Shown here: positions 35,470 through 45,811 of the stretch, piece by piece
Numbering within the stretch: the first letter of the stretch is position 1
How the letters are laid out: the number at the start of each line of letters is the position of its first letter
Origin: Minisyncoccota bacterium
GTDB lineage: Bacteria > Patescibacteriota > Minisyncoccia > UBA6257 > GWB1-50-10
Direction of reading: 5' to 3'
Assembly: GCA_041659005.1 (NCBI GenBank)
Contig: JBAZZD010000001.1
Span: forward strand, 16,366 to 80,365
DNA: 64,000 nucleotides
Notes under the pieces: model-generated
The model's input: the letters and a program-made list of their open reading frames with translations, nothing else
Database searches by the model: none
What the model was told of the DNA's origin: nothing
Made by a program: the position numbers and the translations under genes

Positions 35470-36687
35470 CTATTTTTTCTTCTTTCTCAAAAATGCTGGT
35501 ATTTCCCACTCTTCTTCACTCTCAGTTTCAGGTAATTTCTGTTTTTCTTCAGAGGATTTTGCTTTTTCTTTAAATTCCTCCTGTTTTTGTGCCTCGTGGT
35601 GTGTAATCTTCGGTATCTCCTCCGTCATAAAAAGTGTTGGAGCTATCATTCTCTGCGAAAATACCCCATTAAAACCAGTCGCAATTACTGTTACCTTTAT
35701 GCTCTTATCCTTCAAGCTCCTATCATAATATGAACCAAAAATAACTCGAGCATTTGCATCAAGTCCTGAGGATACCGCACTTGCAATCTCATGCACCTCC
35801 ACCATTTTTATATCTTTTCCTCCCGCAATACTAAATAATACACTTCGGGCACCATCAATTGATATTTCAAGGAGTGGTGAGTTAAGTGCTGCCTGTATTG
35901 CCTTGTTGGCCCTGTCGCTGCCTGATCCCAATCCGATACCAATAAGCGTAGTTCCTGCGTCTTTTAATGTTGCACGAACATCCGCAAAATCAACGTTAAT
36001 AAGCCCAGGAGTGTTTATGAGTTCAGCAAGTGATTGTACTCCGTTTTTAAGTATTTCATCAATAAACCCAAATGCCTTTGCCATTGAGGTTTCTTTATCT
36101 ATTAAACTGAAAATTCTGTCATTTGGAATTACAACTAACGCGTCAACCTTGTCCTTCAAGCGAGTAATTCCTTCTTGCGCAATTTGCGTACGTTGTGAAC
36201 CCTCAAACATGAATGGCTTTGTAATAATTCCAATAGTTAATATTCCTTTTTCTTTTGCAACTTCCGCAACAACTGGCGCAGCACCAGTTCCCGTTCCGCC
36301 ACCAAACCCTGCCGTCACAAACACAATATCTGCTCCATCAACTAATTCTCCAATTTCAGATCGATTTTCTTCTGCTGCCTGTTTTCCAATTTCTGGATTC
36401 ATTCCAGCTCCAAGTCCACGAGTTAATGCCTTCCCAATATACACTTTGCGATGGGCAGAAACAAAATCAAGATCCTGTGCGTCAGTATTAATTGCGATAA
36501 ATTCAACTCCACGAACGCGTTCTGGCGACTCCATCATTCGTGATATCGCATTCCCTCCTCCACCACCAACACCAATTACCTTAATTTTTGCTGGTTGCAC
36601 AGAAGATTTTTTTACTATCTTTTGCATCTTTGAAATTTTCTCTTCAACTTTTTTTGACGCAGATAATTTGGTTTGTTTTTTCTTCAT
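35470..36687 (-). CDS. ftsZ: Cell division protein FtsZ
   Basis: GVGGGGGNA, GGGTGTG, INVDFADV, C-terminal EIPAFLR. Confidence 0.98.
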   Translation of the reverse strand: MKKKQTKLSASKKVEEKISKMQKIVKKSSVQPAKIKVIGVGGGGGNAISRMMESPERVRGVEFIAINTDAQDLDFVSAHRKVYIGKALTRGLGAGMNPEIGKQAAEENRSEIGELVDGADIVFVTAGFGGGTGTGAAPVVAEVAKEKGILTIGIITKPFMFEGSQRTQIAQEGITRLKDKVDALVVIPNDRIFSLIDKETSMAKAFGFIDEILKNGVQSLAELINTPGLINVDFADVRATLKDAGTTLIGIGLGSGSDRANKAIQAALNSPLLEISIDGARSVLFSIAGGKDIKMVEVHEIASAVSSGLDANARVIFGSYYDRSLKDKSIKVTVIATGFNGVFSQRMIAPTLFMTEEIPKITHHEAQKQEEFKEKAKSSEEKQKLPETESEEEWEIPAFLRKKKK

Positions 36688-36740
36688 TATTCAAAATTTG
36701 TATTATTTATTAGTACCACACTCTCCCATTCTATTCAATT

Positions 36741-37967
36741 TTATGGAATCAAATTCTTCATAAAAGACATTGCCCGGTCTGAGAATTTAGATCCCCATAC
36801 TTCTTTTTTTTCTTCACTCATTCCCCACAATAGCAATCCAAGCGCACTTGAAAATTCAGGATCATCTAGTAAATCATGATACGTTGGTGTAGTGATTTCA
36901 AATGGAGTGAGATCAGGAAATCCAACCTGAATCGGAAGATGAAGCTTTTCTCTCATATACTCAGTAATTCCTGGCAATTTTACTCCTCCTCCAGTAAGTA
37001 CTACTCCACCAGGGAGTTGGACAGTTCTTCCAAGTGTTACTAAATCTTTACTAATTACATCAATTATTTGCTCAAGACGAGCTTCAATAATTTCACATAA
37101 AAATCTCTTCGAAATATCTCCGTGTGCAGAAGGATCTAAATCAGAAAGGTTAATAGTTTCTTTTTTTGGTATTGTTCGCGCAATTGCATATCCATACCCA
37201 GTTTTTAATTTTTCGGCAATTGCAATTGAAGTTGTAAAACCAATAGCAATATCATTTGTTACATATCCCATACCAATTGGAATACACCGCGTATGTAACA
37301 CCTTCCCCTCCTCATACACAGCGATTGTTGTAGTTCCAAAACCAAAATCAACGAGTAAAACACCAAGATCTTTTTGTCGTTTTGAGAGTGATGCCCGTGC
37401 GGACGCAAGTGGATTAAAAATTACACCACCGACAGTAAGCCCTGCACGCTCAGCATTTTTTAGTAATGCATTTACATGCGGAGCAAATGCTTCAACAATA
37501 AGCGTACTTACTTCGAGTCGATTTCCAGTCATTCCAAGTGGATCGGCAATATCCCCAACATCATCAACAAAAAATTCTCTCACCACATTGTGAAGTACAA
37601 GTTTGTTATTCGCAAGTTTTACTGCTCGAGACGCCTGTACTACTCGATCAATGTCATCTTGTTGAATCTCTTGATCTGCACGAGCAACCGCAACAATCCC
37701 ACGAGACATTCTTGACCACACTTGCTCACTGGAAAAGTTTAAGAAAACATTTTTTGTTGCGCTCTTTGAAATACGTTCAAGGTCTTGTGTTATGCTTCGT
37801 AAACACTGACTAGCATCTTCAACATCAGTAAGTACTCCACGTTTAAATCCTTGTGATGGCTGCTTAAAAGCGGTCACCACTGAGAGTGTTCCATCTTTTT
37901 TAGGAGTCGCAACAACTCCTTTCACTTGCGATGATCCAATATCTAAACTTGTAATAATTGTTGCCAT
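36741..37967 (-). CDS. ftsA: Cell division protein FtsA
   Basis: LDIGSS, PLGMTGNRLE, VDFGFGTT, VLTGGG; upstream of ftsZ. Confidence 0.96.
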   Translation of the reverse strand: MATIITSLDIGSSQVKGVVATPKKDGTLSVVTAFKQPSQGFKRGVLTDVEDASQCLRSITQDLERISKSATKNVFLNFSSEQVWSRMSRGIVAVARADQEIQQDDIDRVVQASRAVKLANNKLVLHNVVREFFVDDVGDIADPLGMTGNRLEVSTLIVEAFAPHVNALLKNAERAGLTVGGVIFNPLASARASLSKRQKDLGVLLVDFGFGTTTIAVYEEGKVLHTRCIPIGMGYVTNDIAIGFTTSIAIAEKLKTGYGYAIARTIPKKETINLSDLDPSAHGDISKRFLCEIIEARLEQIIDVISKDLVTLGRTVQLPGGVVLTGGGVKLPGITEYMREKLHLPIQVGFPDLTPFEITTPTYHDLLDDPEFSSALGLLLWGMSEEKKEVWGSKFSDRAMSFMKNLIP

Positions 37968-38022
37968 TGGTAGATATAAAAAATCCTAAATCCTGCGCCG
38001 CACACATTGTGATTCGAAGAAT

Positions 38023-38442
38023 TTAAGACTTAACAATAAAAGAAAGAATCTCATCCTCGACCCCTTCCATTACTATCCTATCACGTTTTTCTTCGTGCGT
38101 GTATCCCAATAAATGCAACAAGCCATGGACAGCAAGAAGTTCAATATCTTGTCTCTGTTTTTTAATGAATTCTGGAGCAAGATATACTTCGCCGAGATAA
38201 TTGTGCTTATCAGCACGCGGAAATCCATGCGTCTCAAAACTCAACACATTAGTGATTTTTTCTATCCCACGAGTCACATTATTTATTGTGCGCATTTGAC
38301 TGTTCGTAACAAGATAAACTTCAACAGTCCCCTTCTTTTTTAATTTTTTAAGTGCTTTTTCACATGCATTTTTTGCAACCGCCGCATATCCATCATATCC
38401 TTTTTTTGAAACAATAAGCTCTACCAATTCCATATATTTCAA
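38023..38442 (-). CDS. ybeY: rRNA maturation RNase YbeY
   Basis: TNVLSF, HGLLHLLGYTH. Confidence 0.93.
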   Translation of the reverse strand: MKYMELVELIVSKKGYDGYAAVAKNACEKALKKLKKKGTVEVYLVTNSQMRTINNVTRGIEKITNVLSFETHGFPRADKHNYLGEVYLAPEFIKKQRQDIELLAVHGLLHLLGYTHEEKRDRIVMEGVEDEILSFIVKS

Positions 38443-38482
38443 TTGTACCTCAAAACAAAAAAATCTGCTTTTTAGGCAGATT

Positions 38483-38941
38483 TTATTTTAGTATTTCTTT
38501 TATAATTTTCGTCACCACAGTTCCATCTACCTTTCCTTTCAAATCTTTCATCACTATACCCATTACCTTTCCAAAATCTGACGCTGGTGGATTTCCCATT
38601 GTTTCTATTTGTTTCTGAATAATTATCCGAACCTCTTCTTCATCCATTTGTGGAGGAAGAAACTTCTCAATAATTATAAGTTCTTTTTTTTCTTTATCCG
38701 CGAGATCACTGCGATTGCCCTGTGTATATAATCCAATTGCTTCTTTTCGTTTTTTTACCTCGCGCGTCACCACCTCAATAACCTCTTCTTCGGAAAGTTC
38801 TGACGCTCCAGTCTTTCCTCTTTTTTCTATTTCCCTATTTTGAAGTGCCGCTAAAAGCAATCTGAGCGTTTCTACAACGCTCATATTCCTTGCCCGCAAC
38901 GCCTCAGTATATTCATTATGAATTGTCGCTTGCGTCGCCAT
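38483..38941 (-). CDS. GatB/YqeY domain protein
   Basis: KKRKEAI..Y..GNR.DLA.KE..E...FLP.Q; GKVMG. Confidence 0.92.
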   Translation of the reverse strand: MATQATIHNEYTEALRARNMSVVETLRLLLAALQNREIEKRGKTGASELSEEEVIEVVTREVKKRKEAIGLYTQGNRSDLADKEKKELIIIEKFLPPQMDEEEVRIIIQKQIETMGNPPASDFGKVMGIVMKDLKGKVDGTVVTKIIKEILK

Positions 38942-38951
38942 AGTAAATAAA

Positions 38952-39167
38952 TTACTTATGTCCGTATTTTTTTATCTTAGCCATCTCGGATCGCTTCTCA
39001 ATACGATACAATGCCGCTCCACGTCGTTTGGTCTTATTTGCTGTTCTGGTCGTAAATGTACGTTTACGAGTTTCTTTTACCAATCCACTTTGTTGTACCT
39101 TTCTATTAAAACGATAAATAAGTGAGTTTGGAGCCTCTCCTTCTCTTTTTCTTGCTTCAATTGCCAT
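38952..39167 (-). CDS. rpsU: 30S ribosomal protein S21
   Basis: KREGE....LIYRFNRKVQQSG...E.R; position next to yqeY. Confidence 0.85.
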   Translation of the reverse strand: MAIEARKREGEAPNSLIYRFNRKVQQSGLVKETRKRTFTTRTANKTKRRGAALYRIEKRSEMAKIKKYGHK

Positions 39168-39582
39168 GTTTGTTATTTATAATGCGATTTTTTATTTCTG
39201 TCAACGATTCGCTTGGTGAATTTTGAACAACGCTGTGAATAGAATTTCCCCCATCATTTTTCCACCGAGGAATTATGTGAATATGTAAGTGATCAACGGC
39301 CTGCCCTGCACATTTTCCATGATTGATCCCGATAGTAAATCCGTCGGGATTTAGACACTCTTTAAGAATTTTTGTCACTTTCTTTAACGCAGTAAAAATA
39401 TTCAATATTTCTGAATCAGCAACATCAAGAATAGTCTCACAATGAATTTTTGGAAGTATCATCGTGTGACCCGGCGCAATCGGATGAATATCAAGCACTG
39501 CACGAACATGCTCATCTTCATAAATTGTCTCAGAAGAAAATGTGCCGTTTGCTATATTACAAAAAATACAATCTTCCTTCAT
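39157..39582 (-). CDS. HIT family protein
   Basis: DCIFC, AGQAVDHLHIHIIPR. Confidence 0.93.
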   Translation of the reverse strand: MKEDCIFCNIANGTFSSETIYEDEHVRAVLDIHPIAPGHTMILPKIHCETILDVADSEILNIFTALKKVTKILKECLNPDGFTIGINHGKCAGQAVDHLHIHIIPRWKNDGGNSIHSVVQNSPSESLTEIKNRIINNKHGN

Positions 39583-39586
39583 GAGT

Positions 39587-40867
39587 TTATTTTAGCCATT
39601 TTCTTACCTGTTCGGGAAGTTTCTCGGCAAGAAGTATTTCTTGTGCTCCTGTTTTTATATTCCGAATTATTACCGTTCCTTCAAATGCCTCCTTCTGCCC
39701 AACAATAAGCGTAACCCCCGCCTCTTTCTCTGCCGCTTTCAATTGTAATCGCAAAGTCTTTTTTCCCAGCTCTTCAGCAACAGGAATTCCCGCACTACGA
39801 AGCTCATTAATAAGTCGAACGCTCATTTTTTTTGCTTGTTCCCCTACTGCAATAAAAAATGCTTTTGGTTTTTCTTTTTTTTGTGGGTGGAGTCCTTTTG
39901 TCTTCATTCGCTCCATTACTCGACATAAACTAAGAGCAACCCCAACACCATGAATTGTCTTTCCAAATAACATCTCTGCCAAATAATCATATCTGCCACC
40001 ACCAGCAAGCGAAAGCAGATCACCACCCGAAACGATTTCGAACACGGTACGATTATAATATTCTTTTTCGCGAACAAAATAGGGATCTGGTTCGTACGAA
40101 ATTCCATTCTCCTCAACAAATTCAAGTACGGATTTAAAATGGTTATTGCATCCCTGACAAAGAAAATCAAGAATGATTGGCGCATCAGCGCGTAATGCTT
40201 TACATGAATTCTCTTCACATAAAAAACAGTGCATTGGGTTTGTTTCAACTGTTTCTTTACAATCCTCACATAACTTTTGTTTCTTTAGATATGCTTTTAA
40301 TTTATCACGATAGTTACTTCTACACACCTTGCATCCCATTGTATTAATTTTTACTTTAAGTTCAGTAAATTTTAGTTGTTTTAACATCCCAATCGCGGCA
40401 AGCATTACCTGTACGTCATACACGGGATCATTGTCTCCAACAATATCAAACCCCCATTGTTTTATTTCTCGTTCAAATCCATCTTTTATTTTTCCATTAC
40501 GAAACACTGGACCGTATTGAAATACACGAAGTGGGGAAGAAAAATATCCAAGTCTATGTTCTACATAGCTGCGAAGTACTGGCGCAGAAAGATCCGCGCG
40601 CAATGCCAGCTTTCCCTCTTTTGTTTCAATCCTAAATAATCGTTTTTCTGCTTGTTCCTTACATGTGCCGGCGCTTTTTAAAAATAGATCTACGTTTTCA
40701 ACAATGGGAGTTTCGATATATGCAAAATCAAAAATATCTGCAACTGAATGTCCCGCATCAAGAATTGCACGCCACCACTCACCATCTTTTGGATGAAGGT
40801 CTTTCATTCCTTGAACACTTACGATATCTTGTGGTGATTTTGTATTTTTTTGTTTTTTCATTTGCAT
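39587..40867 (-). CDS. Histidine--tRNA ligase-like protein with divergent active-site motifs
   Basis: GMKD, IETP, YYNRTVFE, GGGRYD, C-terminal anticodon-binding-like domain; RGLDYY reads REKEYY. Confidence 0.8.
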   Translation of the reverse strand: MQMKKQKNTKSPQDIVSVQGMKDLHPKDGEWWRAILDAGHSVADIFDFAYIETPIVENVDLFLKSAGTCKEQAEKRLFRIETKEGKLALRADLSAPVLRSYVEHRLGYFSSPLRVFQYGPVFRNGKIKDGFEREIKQWGFDIVGDNDPVYDVQVMLAAIGMLKQLKFTELKVKINTMGCKVCRSNYRDKLKAYLKKQKLCEDCKETVETNPMHCFLCEENSCKALRADAPIILDFLCQGCNNHFKSVLEFVEENGISYEPDPYFVREKEYYNRTVFEIVSGGDLLSLAGGGRYDYLAEMLFGKTIHGVGVALSLCRVMERMKTKGLHPQKKEKPKAFFIAVGEQAKKMSVRLINELRSAGIPVAEELGKKTLRLQLKAAEKEAGVTLIVGQKEAFEGTVIIRNIKTGAQEILLAEKLPEQVRKWLK

Positions 40868-40874
40868 ATATTAA

Positions 40875-41417
40875 TTAATATGTTGCAGGCTTAAATGCAC
40901 TCACTGCGTTAAATGGCCAAAGACGAAGCTTCACCACACCAGTCACCTCTCCTCGTGTAAGCGAACCCCACGAACGTGAATCATAACTGAAATCACGATT
41001 ATCTCCCATAACAAAGTATTCGTTTAGAGAAAGCGTCTCGTCAACATCTTTTTGAATACTCATTCCTGATATATATGATTCTTTCAATTCAATCTTTTTT
41101 TCGTCTACTCCATATACTACGACGGAATCGCCTCGCACCACCACTCTTTCTCCCGGAAGACCAATGATGCGCTTTATGTAATAGGTTTTGTGATCACCTG
41201 GATATTTAAACACAACCACTTCACCACGCATGGGCTCTCTAAATCGATACGCAAGCTCGTCAACCAAAAGATAGTCCCCATCTTTAAAATTTGGTTCCAT
41301 GCTTGATCCGCTCACTAAAAACGGTTGTGCAATAAAAGTTCGTACTAACAGGACTGCGATCACTGCGACAGCAACTGTTTCAACGACTTCGAATAAAGAC
41401 CAGAAAAATTTTCTCAT
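40875..41417 (-). CDS. lepB: Signal peptidase I
   Basis: SGSSMEPNF, YIKRIIGLPG, GDNR..SYDSR. Confidence 0.95.
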   Translation of the reverse strand: MRKFFWSLFEVVETVAVAVIAVLLVRTFIAQPFLVSGSSMEPNFKDGDYLLVDELAYRFREPMRGEVVVFKYPGDHKTYYIKRIIGLPGERVVVRGDSVVVYGVDEKKIELKESYISGMSIQKDVDETLSLNEYFVMGDNRDFSYDSRSWGSLTRGEVTGVVKLRLWPFNAVSAFKPATY

Positions 41418-41471
41418 GTATGTATGGGTAAGTAGCGGTCTAGCTCTTAGTATGCGATAATTTTACTCAAG

Positions 41472-42008
41472 ATGACCAGAGAGTTCAACCCTCACACTAT
41501 ATCCCTCATTGTCGGACTTGGGAACCCTGGAAAAGAATATGAAAATACATTTCACAATGCAGGCCGATTGATTATTGAAACAATTCTTAAAACTCAATCG
41601 CTTTCTTCTCCAAAACATTCGTTTTCATATACAAAAATTGGACAGTTCACTTTTATGATTCCTAATATTTACATGAATGAATCGGGACTAGCAGTTAATG
41701 ACGCACTTACTTATTTCAAGTTTTTACATTCCTCGCTCCTCATCATTCATGATGATGCCGATTTACAAATTGGAACCGCAAAACTGCAATTTGGAAGAGG
41801 AGACGCCGGACATAATGGAATAAAATCAATCGTCAAAGCACTTGATACAGAAGAATTTTGGAGATTCCGCATAGGAATACGAAGAGAAGAAAGTGAGGGA
41901 GAAAAGAGAAGAAAAGCAGAATCGTTTGTTCTCTCTCAAATAAAAAAATCTGAGAAGAAAATTTTTCAATTGGAGGCTGAAACAATAAAAAAAATGCTAG
42001 TAATCTAA
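41472..42008 (+). CDS. pth: Peptidyl-tRNA hydrolase
   Basis: LIVGLGNPG, HNAG, YMNESG, HDD, GHNGIKS. Confidence 0.95.
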   Translation: MTREFNPHTISLIVGLGNPGKEYENTFHNAGRLIIETILKTQSLSSPKHSFSYTKIGQFTFMIPNIYMNESGLAVNDALTYFKFLHSSLLIIHDDADLQIGTAKLQFGRGDAGHNGIKSIVKALDTEEFWRFRIGIRREESEGEKRRKAESFVLSQIKKSEKKIFQLEAETIKKMLVI

Positions 42009-42034
42009 TACTCTTCTAAAAAGAGTATTATTGT

Positions 42035-43531
42035 TTACTGAGAAAATCTGAAAGAAATTTGGAAACCAACTGAACCATCATCTCTTGTAGCAATCTGAGA
42101 AACAAGAAGATTTACATCAGTAAAATCTTTCTCTTTTGTAAGAACATTTTTAAAATCAACAATTGAATTAGTATCCGCTCCATGCGCAAGCATAGAGATT
42201 GAATCACCTACATTTCCAACATCAATTTTATCAATTGTAATTCCACTTGCTTTTGTGATTGTTTGAATTCTACTAAAAAACAGCGGCCATTGTTTTTTGG
42301 TTAATTCGATTGTACTAACATTTCTAACAAGGGAATTGAAAATATTCACATCACTTTCTAAGCGGGCAAGTTCTTCTTTTGGAATATTTGCACTAAAAAT
42401 CGCAAGATTGCTCCGTGTTTTTGAAAGTTCATTTCCAATAATATATGCGCTTCCCGCAAAAAAAATAAATAAAAGTCCAAGCACAGAAACATAAATCCCC
42501 CTCCATAAATATATAAACCGTATTGTCTGCTCTCTAAGAAAGAAGTCTCCTGAAGAAGTTGACATAAAATTGATTGCATCCCCAAATTTATACGAAGCAT
42601 TTTCTCTCAGGGCCGCTCCAATTACTGCATACCATGACGACGGAATATTCCACGATGGAATGGAAAAAAGTACGGTAGGAAGTGAAAAACGAGTTTGCAC
42701 AAATTTCTGCATTCCTTCTTCGAATCCCGGAGCAACCAAAAATACTCTCTCGGGTGCTTCGCGAAATTTACTAACAGAAAAATTTATTACACGTTGGAAT
42801 TCATCTGCAACAACCGACTCGAAATAGTCTTTTGTAATTTCTTTTTTATCTCCCTGTATTGATCCCCATGATTTAAAATAATCAAAATACAATGATTTAT
42901 TCTTTATAATTGATAAATTCATACCGTCAGAAGAAATATGCATAAGTAGTGCTGGCTTTTCTCCTGTTATATTTGCAAGCGCAATAAGTCTGGCAAGCGA
43001 GAGCGAAGGAAATTCAAATGCCACAGTAGAAAACCGTGATTCCTCAAGCGCATGTCGAATTGTATCAACAAATGCCTTATCAACAAATGCTCCCAATAAT
43101 TCAAACTGATCTTGTGTCTCGCGTGCTATTTGCCAACTCATGTATGAATGGTCAATAGACATCGGAGAAATCATTTGAATATTTAAATTTGCCGATTCCT
43201 TTAATTTATCTAATCCAATATTTGGAACAGTGAAGCTTTGTGTATACACACCAGAAGAAGGAAGGATAATCGTTAATGGGATAGTTACTTTGGGATCATT
43301 TAAGAGGGCATTATGAAGTTGTGCTAATGCATCTTTAAATTTATTTACATCAATTACTCGTCCTTCTCGAATCACTCCATAAGGAAGTTTTATTGTAAGC
43401 GGACGCACATTGCCTGCCTCAATAGAAAGATACTGCAGCGCTGCATCCGTTATCAAAAGCCCGCCAACATTTGGTTTCGAACTTAACCGTTCAAGAAAAT
43501 ATTTTATCTTTTGAGTTATTTTAGAATCCAT
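42035..43531 (-). CDS. PilM/PilN-like pilus assembly protein
   Basis: Actin-like N-terminal region, single TM, C-terminal PilN-like segment; follows a pilin-like gene. Confidence 0.6.
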   Translation of the reverse strand: MDSKITQKIKYFLERLSSKPNVGGLLITDAALQYLSIEAGNVRPLTIKLPYGVIREGRVIDVNKFKDALAQLHNALLNDPKVTIPLTIILPSSGVYTQSFTVPNIGLDKLKESANLNIQMISPMSIDHSYMSWQIARETQDQFELLGAFVDKAFVDTIRHALEESRFSTVAFEFPSLSLARLIALANITGEKPALLMHISSDGMNLSIIKNKSLYFDYFKSWGSIQGDKKEITKDYFESVVADEFQRVINFSVSKFREAPERVFLVAPGFEEGMQKFVQTRFSLPTVLFSIPSWNIPSSWYAVIGAALRENASYKFGDAINFMSTSSGDFFLREQTIRFIYLWRGIYVSVLGLLFIFFAGSAYIIGNELSKTRSNLAIFSANIPKEELARLESDVNIFNSLVRNVSTIELTKKQWPLFFSRIQTITKASGITIDKIDVGNVGDSISMLAHGADTNSIVDFKNVLTKEKDFTDVNLLVSQIATRDDGSVGFQISFRFSQ

Positions 43532-43542
43532 TGTTTTGCTGC

Positions 43543-43989
43543 TTACTGTACAGGACGTTCATTCACTGATCGTAGTTCCGCAAGCCCCGTTGTCGTGTCC
43601 ATTAATAATACTGCAACGAGTTTGCGCTGTCTTGTTCCTGCGGCTCCCAATGCAGTAATTGTATATTCACAATTTTCTCCTACTAATTCGCGCGATGAAG
43701 AAATATTCGCAGTATCTTGATCAATATTAAATGAATAAGGAGAAAGATCGCCGCACAAAGAACCAAGGCGTACAAGACGAATTTGAGCATCACGAATTCC
43801 GGATGATGCCACTGAAAGTGCACGAGCAGAAAGACGCTCTCCCATTCCAGAACTGCTCAAAAAATATGTTACAAACGATCCAGCAACCGCAATTTCCAAG
43901 ATAAGTCCACTGATAAGAATAATAAATGCGAGCGTTGCCTGTCCTGTTAGAAATTTAACGGGATAGAGTTTAATTTCATTTTTATACAT
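43543..43989 (-). CDS. Pilin-like (PilX-type) protein
   Basis: G|QATL followed by hydrophobic helix and A...A.SGI.DA..RL. Confidence 0.65.
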   Translation of the reverse strand: MYKNEIKLYPVKFLTGQATLAFIILISGLILEIAVAGSFVTYFLSSSGMGERLSARALSVASSGIRDAQIRLVRLGSLCGDLSPYSFNIDQDTANISSSRELVGENCEYTITALGAAGTRQRKLVAVLLMDTTTGLAELRSVNERPVQ

Positions 43990-44118
43990 AAATTAGGTGT
44001 CAACGAAATAACGAACGGGAATGCAATTATTATCTCCACCGAAACCCGCCGGTACTTATTGCGCACCATTATAATCATCATAGCAAAAATCCGATGCGGT
44101 TGCATCGGATTTTTCATG

Positions 44119-44574
44119 TTATTTCTTTTCTTCCTGTTGTGGAGCCTGCTGAACTGGAGCTTGTTGTGCTGGCACTTGTTGCTGCACTTGTTGTTGTCCC
44201 GGTTGCGGAGCAAGATCAGGATTTTGAGTAAACACCTTTGCAAGTTCACTATCGTCGCGAAGTGTTGTAAACCATACAACCTCCGAACGATTAATCTTCA
44301 TAAAATCCGACGGACCCCAAAAGACATTCTTAAATCGCTGAACGCTTACTGGATTCTTTTGATCGGCTTGGTTTACCTGCAAGAGATATGGCTCTTTCAA
44401 ACCAAAATATGGAAATCGAACCAGCTTTCCAAAATATAAATCGCCCGTTTTTAAATACACCGCAGTATAAGTTGGCTTCCCAATCAACTCTTTAACTATC
44501 ACGAACCCTGCGAGTAAGACGAGAAGAACAATTATAACAATAAGAAGGACCTTGTTTGTTTTATTTATGCTCAT
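44119..44574 (-). CDS. Membrane-anchored hypothetical protein
   Basis: TM then YTAVYL.TG.LYFGKL; Gln/Pro-rich tail; terminator hairpin at about 44084-44113. Confidence 0.75.
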   Translation of the reverse strand: MSINKTNKVLLIVIIVLLVLLAGFVIVKELIGKPTYTAVYLKTGDLYFGKLVRFPYFGLKEPYLLQVNQADQKNPVSVQRFKNVFWGPSDFMKINRSEVVWFTTLRDDSELAKVFTQNPDLAPQPGQQQVQQQVPAQQAPVQQAPQQEEKK

Positions 44575-44598
44575 AGAAATATTATAGCATACTGCATT

Positions 44599-45516
44599 TT
44601 ATTGATTATGAAATGACTCATAGATGTTTAATATTGCTTTTATTGCGTCTCCAACCGAAATATTATTCTGCCGATATGGAACGTCGGTAACATCTCCTGC
44701 TGCCCAAATACCCTTGCATGTCGTCGCTTGCGTTCGGGCGTCAACAATAATCGCTCCATATTGATTGACCTCCACAAGTCCAGAAACAAGCCCACTATTC
44801 GGAGTTGCCCCAATTTCTACAAACACCCCTTCAACCGCAAAAGCTCTTTCTCCTCCTGTTTTTAAATCAGTAAATACAATTTCTGTAACCATTCCGTTCC
44901 CCTTTATTTCTTTCGTTTCCGCATCATAAATAATTTCTACCTTTTCCTCATTCTTTATTTTTTCTTGTGTTATTGGATCTCCTTTTAATTCTTTTCCGTG
45001 GTGCAATAAAAATATTTTTTTGGCATAGGGAATTAAATCAATTACTGCCTCAAGTGCCGAATTCCCCCCACCAACAACCGCAACCGACTTATCCCCAAAC
45101 AATGGGGCATCACAGATTGAACAATAAAATACACCCCTTCCTTCAAATTCTTTTTCTCCAGAAACATTTAATTTCTTTCGTCCGCTTCCCGAAGCAATAA
45201 GCACTGTTTTTGTTTCAAATTGTTTTAATTTTGTTGATACAATAAATGTTCCATCATCTTTTTTCTCAATGTGTTCTACTCGTTCTCCTTCGACAATTTC
45301 TATTTCTTTTTGTGTACGCAAATGTTTTTCAAACGACTGAGCAAGTTCAAGTCCAGAAATAGATGGTATGCCGATCCAATTCTGTATGTCGGCGGAAACT
45401 ACAGACTGTCCGCCGAAGGAATCTGTTATCACAAGTGCATGCAATCGTTTTCTCCCCGCATAAACCCCCGCGGATGTAGCCGCTGGTCCACCACCAATAA
45501 TTATAAGATCATACAT
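44599..45516 (-). CDS. trxB: Thioredoxin-disulfide reductase (TrxB/AhpF-like)
   Basis: IIGGGPA, YCSICD redox CxxC, VVGGGNSA, AAGDV. Confidence 0.9.
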   Translation of the reverse strand: MYDLIIIGGGPAATSAGVYAGRKRLHALVITDSFGGQSVVSADIQNWIGIPSISGLELAQSFEKHLRTQKEIEIVEGERVEHIEKKDDGTFIVSTKLKQFETKTVLIASGSGRKKLNVSGEKEFEGRGVFYCSICDAPLFGDKSVAVVGGGNSALEAVIDLIPYAKKIFLLHHGKELKGDPITQEKIKNEEKVEIIYDAETKEIKGNGMVTEIVFTDLKTGGERAFAVEGVFVEIGATPNSGLVSGLVEVNQYGAIIVDARTQATTCKGIWAAGDVTDVPYRQNNISVGDAIKAILNIYESFHNQ

Positions 45517-45562
45517 AAATTTATAAGATTTAAATTAGAATTTAAAATGTTCAAATTGGTCA

Positions 45563-45727
45563 TTATTCTTCTGGTGGAGTGAAATTCCACATGACAAACA
45601 GAGAAATGAGGCATCCAGAAAGAATATTGCTCCACAACGCAATATTATATGAGGAGAATCCAAGTATCCATGGAGAGACAAGAACCCAAATCCCCAAACC
45701 AAATACTAACCAATAATTCCAACTCAT
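45563..45727 (-). CDS. SPW-repeat small membrane protein, 54 aa; not in ORF track
   Basis: Manual translation MSWNYWLVFGLGIWVLVSPWILGFSSYNIALWSNILSG... Confidence 0.8.
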   Translation of the reverse strand: MSWNYWLVFGLGIWVLVSPWILGFSSYNIALWSNILSGCLISLFVMWNFTPPEE

Positions 45728-45811
45728 AATAATAGTATAGGATGATTTTAAAAAAATAAAAACTGTCCAGTTTAAACGGGACAGTTTTTAAATGGGAAAT
45801 TCTTATTTCTA

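Noticed and set aside
35903-36763. 286-aa + strand ORF and many other short overlapping ORFs in the track
   Set aside because: Antisense shadows of well-supported genes (ftsZ, nrdJ, res, recombinase) with no recognisable motifs
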